Shown: piece by piece, positions 24,168 to 30,506 of the stretch
Position numbering within the stretch: position 1 is the first letter of the stretch
How the letters are laid out: each line of letters starts with the position of its first letter
Origin: Acutalibacteraceae bacterium
GTDB lineage: Bacteria > Bacillota > Clostridia > Oscillospirales > Acutalibacteraceae
Reading direction: 5' to 3'
Assembly (NCBI GenBank): GCA_045536305.1
Contig: JAZSNH010000086.1
Coordinates: 1 to 32,000, forward strand
DNA: 32,000 nucleotides
Notes under the pieces: model-generated
Told to the model about the DNA's origin: nothing
What the model saw: only the letters and a program-made list of their open reading frames with translations
Database searches by the model: none
Program-made: the position numbers and the translations under genes

Positions 24168-24529
24168 GTCAAAAGCTTCCTTTCTTACGACATTAGCTTT
24201 AACGCTAAGTCTGACAATAGTCGGCGGGTAAATTGCACCGCACATCGTTAAGATTGTAACATAATCGTTAAAGAAATACAAGTATAATTATTGTCACGAC
24301 AAGGCATATATACTCGAAAAAAACAGTACAAATTGTATAAATCGGAAAAACTATGCACGGAATACGGAGATTTTGATTAGTCAGATATGCGGAAAGGTTA
24401 CAAATGTTTGAGCATGTTTAGTTATATTGATACCTCACTGTAATATTTTGTAGTAGTTTTTTTGTTGAAAGTATAAGATGAAATAGGGAAAATAAAATAA
24501 AGGGAACTATTTCGGAAAGGGGTAAATTT

Positions 24530-26092
24530 ATGGAGAAGAACAACGGTATCAATGAGAACATCACAAAGAAAAATAGGGGAAAGCTTAGCAGGTTTGCTGC
24601 GGCAGTATTTATTTTTCTTCTTTTGACCCTGCTTTTCATAGTAACCTGTGTGGGAATCGCTGTGGCAAAACAGGTGTACGTCAGCAATTACTTTATCGTT
24701 GACGGTAAAGTTTATCAGAAAGATAAACACTTTAAGGTGGGCGATGAAGTATACAGCCATGAAGAATATTTTATTGCAAACGGAGAGGTATATGATTACA
24801 GATCGTATATAAACTATGATGGCACCGCTTATGATCGTAGCGATTATTTTGAAGCGGAAAACGGAGTGTTTAGCAAAAATACCCACATTGAATATGAAGG
24901 ATACGGATATTCAAAAGAATACAATTTTGAGGCAGACGGCGAGGTGTATTGCTTGCTCGATTACATAAATCATAACGGCAAAGCATACAGCAGGGAAAAG
25001 TATTACGAATACAAGGGCGAATGCTATGAGATAAAGGAAATAACACTTGCAGGCAAGACATTCAAAAGCAACGCCAAAGAAATACATCTGATCGGGGAGG
25101 AGTGTGAGGTATCGCTTACCGATATTTCCGCTCTTGAGGAATGCAGGCTGCTTGAAATGCTCGGTATCATAGGTTTTGACGGATTTAAGGATATTTCGCC
25201 TATAAAAAGTCTTGAAAATCTAACATACCTTACTCTCGAAGGGAATGATATTTCCGATATACAGCCGTTATCGGGGCTCAGTAACCTTGTGAGCATAGAT
25301 CTGGAAGGAAATAATATATCAGACATAACCCCTCTGGCAGGGCTTGACAGAGTGAAATGGCTGTATCTGAGTTATAACTATATAGATGATATAAGCCTAT
25401 TGAAGGGTATGAAGGCCCTTGAAAATCTGTATATGAGCAATAATTGTGTTTCTGATATCGGTGCAGTGGCAGAAATGGGCGAGCTTACGGTGTTATATGC
25501 AGACAATAATCTGATTGCAGATATATCTCATCTTGGAAAACTCAGTAAGCTCTGCAAGCTCGATTTAAACAACAACAGGATAACCGATATTTCCGCGCTG
25601 AAAGGAAAAACTGAGCTTATCGAGCTGTGGCTTGAAAATAATCAGATAGAGGACATAACACCCATTGCAGAAAGTACAAAAATCAGTGCAATGAGCATTA
25701 TGAATAATAGAATTAAGGATATAAGCGCTTTGCGTGATATGAAAGAGCTGTGTGTGTTGTATGCGGACAATAATGAAATTGACGACATTTCTTCGCTTGC
25801 TGATAAGAATAAGCTTCACACACTTGAAATTTGCTATAATAAGATAAGTGATATAAGCCCCTTGCAAAATAATATGAAAATCAGAAGGCTTATGATAGCC
25901 GTCAATGATATTTCCGATCTTTCTCCCCTGTATGAGCACAGCAAGCTGAGAATGATAAATCTTATGGATAACAGCAGACTTACGGAAAATGATATTGACG
26001 AACTTAAAAAAACGCTTAGCCCTGAATGTACAGTTTTCTTTGTGGATAATGTTTTCGATTATGAGTGTGAGTGTGGAGACTACTGGCCTTAA
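24530..26092 (+). CDS. N-terminally membrane-anchored surface protein with Tyr-rich repeats and internalin-like leucine-rich repeats
   Basis: The 520-aa product has a basic N-terminus (KKNRGKLSR) and one TM helix (aa ~22-46). About nine ~13-aa G-x-x-Y repeats follow, then about twelve 22-aa LRRs (LxxLxLxxNxIxDIxxLxx). Confidence 0.85.
   Translation: MEKNNGINENITKKNRGKLSRFAAAVFIFLLLTLLFIVTCVGIAVAKQVYVSNYFIVDGKVYQKDKHFKVGDEVYSHEEYFIANGEVYDYRSYINYDGTAYDRSDYFEAENGVFSKNTHIEYEGYGYSKEYNFEADGEVYCLLDYINHNGKAYSREKYYEYKGECYEIKEITLAGKTFKSNAKEIHLIGEECEVSLTDISALEECRLLEMLGIIGFDGFKDISPIKSLENLTYLTLEGNDISDIQPLSGLSNLVSIDLEGNNISDITPLAGLDRVKWLYLSYNYIDDISLLKGMKALENLYMSNNCVSDIGAVAEMGELTVLYADNNLIADISHLGKLSKLCKLDLNNNRITDISALKGKTELIELWLENNQIEDITPIAESTKISAMSIMNNRIKDISALRDMKELCVLYADNNEIDDISSLADKNKLHTLEICYNKISDISPLQNNMKIRRLMIAVNDISDLSPLYEHSKLRMINLMDNSRLTENDIDELKKTLSPECTVFFVDNVFDYECECGDYWP
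24701..25039 (+). repeat. About 9 tandem ~13-residue Tyr-rich repeats (protein level)
   Basis: The units read DGKVYQKDKHFKV, GDEVYSHEEYFIA, NGEVYDYRSYINY, DGTAYDRSDYFEAE, NGVFSKNTHIEYE, GYGYSKEYNFEA, DGEVYCLLDYINH, NGKAYSREKYYEYK and GECYEIKEI. Confidence 0.7.
25082..25984 (+). repeat. About 12 tandem 22-residue leucine-rich repeats (protein level, diverged at the DNA level)
   Basis: Examples are LTYLTLEGNDISDIQPLSGLSN, LVSIDLEGNNISDITPLAGLDR and LCKLDLNNNRITDISALKGKTE. Confidence 0.85.
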
Positions 26093-26104
26093 CTTAATAA
26101 TATC

Positions 26105-26138
26105 AGCTCAGCCGTGCAGATTCCTGCACGGCTGAGCT
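26105..26138 (+). terminator. Hairpin terminator after the LRR gene
   Basis: A 15-bp perfect stem, AGCTCAGCCGTGCAG / CTGCACGGCTGAGCT, encloses a 4-nt loop. The T-tail is weak (TGTT). Confidence 0.55.
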
Positions 26139-26341
26139 TGTTAAAAAAGTCTACTCTTTGCTTCCATTATAAAAGGGGGGCTTTAAAGAGGTTCTTTGAC
26201 ACTTTGAGCAAATACAGCAGCCGCCTGAAATCGGCTGCTGTAAAGTTTCTGCGATTGGCAGTTTGTTTCATAGCGCGTTAAGCGCCGCCGGTACCGGGCT
26301 CTTATAGGGTTTAATCAAGCTACCGGCTTTACCGATGGTAC

Positions 26342-27379
26342 TTAACCGTTTTCGCCTATAACGGTACCCCATTTGGTGATACCTTCAAAATTCTCGGCAG
26401 GTAATTCGTTGCCTTCGCTATCGTATATATGCAGTGTTCCGTCAACTTCGCATGCGAGCGAATAACGTTCTACATTTTCGTTTACAAAGATTATTTCGTC
26501 AACCGAATTTTCAATGGAAGCTGCTGTGGTTGCACCTGATGCATCTTCAGAAAAAGCAAAATCATCGTCAGAAGCTGTGGTGCTGTCTTCGCCTGCACAT
26601 TCTGCCTCCCATTTTGCAACCAGCTCAGCTGCGGCGGCAGGATCGGCCTTTGCAGTGTCAAGCGGCAGATCAAACATAGCTTTTGTGCCGTTGTAGCTGT
26701 CGCTGTAGCCTACAACGCCGTCTTCATTCATAGCAAATACGCTCGTTGACGGGGCAATTCCGTCAAAAACAGCAATGCAGACACCTCGGTCAGCAAAAAT
26801 CTCCAGCGAATCAGTCGAAATAAGGCAGTATCTTATACCCTCTGCCGTAGTATCCATTCGGTATGCATCAAGCGAGTAGATGCTCATTCGCCACGGCTCG
26901 AAGCCGTTTATAAGCGGCGTGATTGTCACCGGACACTCGTCCTCAGGTGCAAAGGGTGTTCCGTCTGTTTGCTCGATGGAAAGAACAAGGTAGCTTCTCT
27001 CTTCGCCATCGGCTCTGATGCCCTCAAGTCCCTCGCCGCTTACAATGCCCATAAGAGTAAAATTGTAGCCGTTTGATCGGATGCTTCGGTTGATAACGAC
27101 AGCATCCTCAGAACGAAAGGCCTCGGCTACAGCTGTTTCACCGAAAGTATCCGCAACCTCATCGGGGCGCAGAAAAGCAACAGCAGCAAATACGGTCGAT
27201 GTCATCAGGAACACGGCAGCTATAACAGCTATCAAGACCGCTGAACGTTTTTTTATCACAGTTTTTTCCTCCCTGTTTTGAGGACCCACAGCCTGAATAA
27301 GAAAGGCAACAGTATCTTCCTCAAAGCCGGAATGGGGAACGATGTTTTCCATTTCTCGTTTATACTGTGATTTAATCAT
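26342..27379 (-). CDS. Putative membrane-anchored anti-sigma factor (single TM, large extracytoplasmic domain)
   Basis: The ORF is 345 aa. Its start overlaps the sigma gene stop by 8 nt, and a GGAGG SD lies inside the sigma gene. A short cytoplasmic N-terminus is followed by one TM helix (AVLIAVIAAVFLMTSTVFAAVAFL). No zinc-finger anti-sigma motif is present. Confidence 0.6.
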   Translation of the reverse strand: MIKSQYKREMENIVPHSGFEEDTVAFLIQAVGPQNREEKTVIKKRSAVLIAVIAAVFLMTSTVFAAVAFLRPDEVADTFGETAVAEAFRSEDAVVINRSIRSNGYNFTLMGIVSGEGLEGIRADGEERSYLVLSIEQTDGTPFAPEDECPVTITPLINGFEPWRMSIYSLDAYRMDTTAEGIRYCLISTDSLEIFADRGVCIAVFDGIAPSTSVFAMNEDGVVGYSDSYNGTKAMFDLPLDTAKADPAAAAELVAKWEAECAGEDSTTASDDDFAFSEDASGATTAASIENSVDEIIFVNENVERYSLACEVDGTLHIYDSEGNELPAENFEGITKWGTVIGENG

Positions 27380-27866
27380 CGTAAATACCTCCTTCCAGCA
27401 TTTTACGCAGCAGAGCCCTGCCTCGTGCCAGCCTTGTGCCGACTGTAGCCGATGGAAGTGCTGCTATCTGCGCTATTTCTTTGATTGTGTAATCCTCGTA
27501 GTAGTAAAGATGAATAATGGTGCGGTATTTTTCCGGCAGTTTCAGAACAGCCTGCAGTATTCCGCTGTTGCTCTTTCTTAAATCACCCTGAGCAAGCTCA
27601 TTACACAGCTCAAGCGGAAGTTCGTTTCTGGAAGAATGACGCAGTCTGTTACGCGAAAGATTTATCGTTACCCGTATCAGCCACGCTTTTCGGTGCTCCT
27701 GAGAATCAAACCGCGGTTTTGCTTTCAGCAGCCGCAGAAAAACCTCCTGCACGATGTCCTCACTGTCCGGAGCATTGTGAAGGATCGTGAAAGCGATACG
27801 ATAGAGAGTTTTGCTAAATTGTGCCACTGTCTGTCTGATGTATTCATCGGTACCAAATGAATCCAT
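27372..27866 (-). CDS. ECF-type RNA polymerase sigma-70 family factor
   Basis: The 164-aa product has region 2 (DIVQEVFLRLL, AWLIRVTINLSRNRLR). Its region 4 HTH reads YYEDYTIKEIAQIAALPSATVGTRLARGRALL. Confidence 0.9.
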   Translation of the reverse strand: MDSFGTDEYIRQTVAQFSKTLYRIAFTILHNAPDSEDIVQEVFLRLLKAKPRFDSQEHRKAWLIRVTINLSRNRLRHSSRNELPLELCNELAQGDLRKSNSGILQAVLKLPEKYRTIIHLYYYEDYTIKEIAQIAALPSATVGTRLARGRALLRKMLEGGIYDD

Positions 27867-27936
27867 GTGCTTTCACTTCCTTTCACTAAATAATACAACC
27901 GAGATTGTGTTTATTTTTCAAATTATGCAATTTTTT

Positions 27937-27964
27937 TATTTTATCTCTTTTATTTTATCTCTTT
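27937..27964. repeat. Perfect 14-nt tandem duplication (TATTTTATCTCTTT x2) upstream of the ECF sigma gene
   Basis: The two units were read directly at 27937-27950 and 27951-27964 and are identical. Confidence 0.8.
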
Positions 27965-28020
27965 TATAACAATAGGTAAGAGCATCTGTATTTTATTACA
28001 CATCGTACCGATCTGATGAA

Positions 28021-28054
28021 AAAAACCGCCTGTACGAAAAACAGGCGGTTTTAA
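28021..28054 (-). terminator. Intrinsic terminator after the small membrane HTH gene
   Basis: The stem AACCGCCTGT / ACAGGCGGTT (28024-28033 / 28041-28050) is followed on the minus strand by a run of T. Confidence 0.75.
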
Positions 28055-28056
28055 AA

Positions 28057-28473
28057 TTATCTGAGATTTATTGTTTTGCCGTCTTTTAAAAGCTCGTTCA
28101 TTCGAGAATCTAAAAGCTCTCTGGAATAGAAATAACGTACTGCATCCACAGCAACAGGACGGGTGCGGACAATTTCACGTCCGGTGGAGTCCACATCATA
28201 ATATTCCTCAACACCGTTGGGGTCTGTGGTAAGGAGTGTCGAGTAGGTTCCGTCGAGTATGCCCTGATTTCGGAGAGCCTCAAGCTCTGCAACAGTGACA
28301 CCGAGGTAATCGGCAGTTTCAAAATCACTGAAGTATTTCATTTCAGGCTGACGAAGGGAGCCTGAGCTTTTCTGATTTCCGGAAGCTGTAATTGCACCGG
28401 CAATAATAAATGCAGACACAAGAGTGAAAATTCCCAGAATAAGCATACCGATAATGAAAGAGATTGTTGACAT
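28057..28473 (-). CDS. Membrane-anchored protein with an excisionase/MerR-like HTH segment
   Basis: The ORF is 138 aa from the ATG at 28473, with GGAGG 6 nt upstream. An N-terminal TM helix is followed by FETADYLGVTVAELEALRNQGIL ... RYFYSRELLDSRMNELL, which resembles an HTH_17-type domain. Confidence 0.55.
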   Translation of the reverse strand: MSTISFIIGMLILGIFTLVSAFIIAGAITASGNQKSSGSLRQPEMKYFSDFETADYLGVTVAELEALRNQGILDGTYSTLLTTDPNGVEEYYDVDSTGREIVRTRPVAVDAVRYFYSRELLDSRMNELLKDGKTINLR

Positions 28474-28591
28474 AATATTCCTCCGTATCATGGCTTTGCG
28501 CCGTAAAATATCAAGCTGTCCGCAGTATTAAAAAGCGGTGTATTCGCAAAGTATTTTAACATGCTTGTAATTTCTGTCAATAGATATATTG

Positions 28592-29122
28592 TTAATTTAT
28601 CTGACTGATGTTTTTTATGTATCGGAAAGCCGCCTTTTCACCCTTTTCGGCAAGCAGAGTGAGCATTGATTCCAAAAGGTCGCTTGTTGCAGGGTGTATG
28701 ACCCTGCGTTCCTTTCCTCTTAAAAAGTAATCCAGAGGCATTCTGTCATTATAATTTTTACCGTTGTAAATCTTACTGGCAGCAATTCGGTCACAGAACA
28801 TTTCTTTTACATATTTAAGAGGCATTTCAACAGGCTCTAACCGCTTGGTCGCGGGATTATAGTCGGACCAGTACTCAAAATGGTGTCGGTTGCGTCCCTT
28901 GTGGTGCATCCAGGCAAGTGAATAACCGAAGGTCTCTCGTTCCTTTTCGTTTGGGCTTCGTGTGCCCTGATAATAGCGCGCGCCTGCGGAAAATTCCGTA
29001 TAGGAATACTTTGAAAGATCATGAAACAGTCCCTGAAAGCCGATTCCTGCCTTGAAGCAGTGGGCTATGACACAGTGACGATGCTTTGTTATTGTATGGA
29101 AATGTCTGAATGCATTAAACAT
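28592..29122 (-). CDS. Conserved hypothetical protein (DUF5662-like, His-rich HD-like motifs)
   Basis: The 176-aa product carries HFHTITKHRH, HDLSKY and MHHKGRNRHHFEYW. A GGAGG SD precedes the start, which lies 32 nt downstream of the kinase gene. Confidence 0.6.
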   Translation of the reverse strand: MFNAFRHFHTITKHRHCVIAHCFKAGIGFQGLFHDLSKYSYTEFSAGARYYQGTRSPNEKERETFGYSLAWMHHKGRNRHHFEYWSDYNPATKRLEPVEMPLKYVKEMFCDRIAASKIYNGKNYNDRMPLDYFLRGKERRVIHPATSDLLESMLTLLAEKGEKAAFRYIKNISQIN

Positions 29123-29154
29123 ATTTAACCTCCGGAGGCAGCAGAGAGCAAAGG

Positions 29155-30495
29155 TCAGGGAAATATGACCGTAATCTTTGTTCCTACTCCGACCTCGCTT
29201 TCAATGGAAATATCGGCATTATGATAGGCGACAGCATGCTTTACGATGGAGAGCCCCAGTCCCGTTCCGCCTATTGCCTTTGAACGGCTTTTATCCACTC
29301 GGTAAAAGCGTTCGAAAATTCTGTCCGTCTGATCGTGAGGGATGCCTATGCCTGTATCTGTAATTTCGAGAACGGGGTGTGAATTTTCGTACCTGACAGA
29401 TACCGATACACTGCCGCCGTCCTTGTTATACTTTACGGCGTTATCGGCTAAGTTGTAAACAAGATCCTCCAGAAAGACTTCCGAACCTCGAACAATTGCG
29501 GGACAGCCGTCTATGCTGAAGGTAACCTTCTTTTTTTCCGCAACATGAGAAAGACGGGATATTACCGAACGGCAGAGAGCAAACAGATCGATATCGTTGT
29601 ATTCTTCCGTAAGCTTCCCTTCATCTATTTGAGATATTCTCAGAATATCCTGAACAAGAGAGATAAGCCTGCCCGATTCATCAAAGATCATCGCGGCAAA
29701 ATGCTCTGTGTCCTCAGGCTTTACCATGCCGCTTTTTAGCATTTCTGCAACTCCGTGTATGCTTGTGAGAGGAGTTTTCAGCTCATGAGATATATTTGAG
29801 GAAAATTCACGCCTCATTGATTCGCGTTCGGCACGCTCGGTGACATCGAGCACAATAGCAACAGCCGCACCGTAATCGCCGTTTCGTGCAGGACTCGCAA
29901 ATATTCTGTAGTGCTTTTTTTCAAGCTTAAATTCATGCTCGCAGGAATAGCCCTGCAGTGCGTAACAAAGGGCAGCATAAGCCTCTTTGCAGGATGAGAT
30001 ACCCTTATCGGGATCATTGAATCCGAAAATTTCATGTGCGGCGCTGTTGTAGGAGGTGATATTCATATCCTTATCAACAATAATGAAGCCTTCGCTCATG
30101 CCTTCGGTAATTGAATTAAACTCATCGTGCCGCCTTGTAAGCTCGGTCATCTGGTTTTTAATAAGTGCATTCTGACGGCGCAGTTTAGTGATAAGAGGAT
30201 CAAGCTCCGGATAATCGGCAACAGGATCAGGCTCGGAAACAGAAAGCTCATTTATCGGCTGTACGATTTTCTTCGACATATATCTTGCGAAGAAAACAGA
30301 AAGAACAAGCACAGAAATGCATAGAAAAATAATAAGAGGTATAACAGCGGCAAGAAGCTCCCGGAAAGATCCGGGAGCTTCTGTATTTGTATCGCGTGAA
30401 TAAAGGACAAAGTATGCTGCGATGAAAAACACAGAGCTGAGAGACAAGGTTACAAGCGAGGCTGAAAGGATACACTTGAATATTCGCTTTGTCAT
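29155..30495 (-). CDS. Sensor histidine kinase, PhoR-like (2 TM, PAS, HisKA, HATPase)
   Basis: The product has the H-box SHELKTPLTSI, N-box NLADNAVKY, G1 DTGIGI and G2 GGTGLGLSIV. Two N-terminal TM helices and a PAS-like region (EGFIIVDKDMNITSYNSAA) are present. Confidence 0.9.
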   Translation of the reverse strand: MTKRIFKCILSASLVTLSLSSVFFIAAYFVLYSRDTNTEAPGSFRELLAAVIPLIIFLCISVLVLSVFFARYMSKKIVQPINELSVSEPDPVADYPELDPLITKLRRQNALIKNQMTELTRRHDEFNSITEGMSEGFIIVDKDMNITSYNSAAHEIFGFNDPDKGISSCKEAYAALCYALQGYSCEHEFKLEKKHYRIFASPARNGDYGAAVAIVLDVTERAERESMRREFSSNISHELKTPLTSIHGVAEMLKSGMVKPEDTEHFAAMIFDESGRLISLVQDILRISQIDEGKLTEEYNDIDLFALCRSVISRLSHVAEKKKVTFSIDGCPAIVRGSEVFLEDLVYNLADNAVKYNKDGGSVSVSVRYENSHPVLEITDTGIGIPHDQTDRIFERFYRVDKSRSKAIGGTGLGLSIVKHAVAYHNADISIESEVGVGTKITVIFP

Positions 30496-30506
30496 TATAT
30501 CACGTC

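Noticed and set aside
24418-24886. Minus-strand ORFs of 89 aa and 154 aa.
   Set aside because: They span the AT-rich promoter region and the 5-prime end of the LRR gene on the opposite strand. The hydrophobic low-complexity translation is typical of AT-rich antisense sequence.
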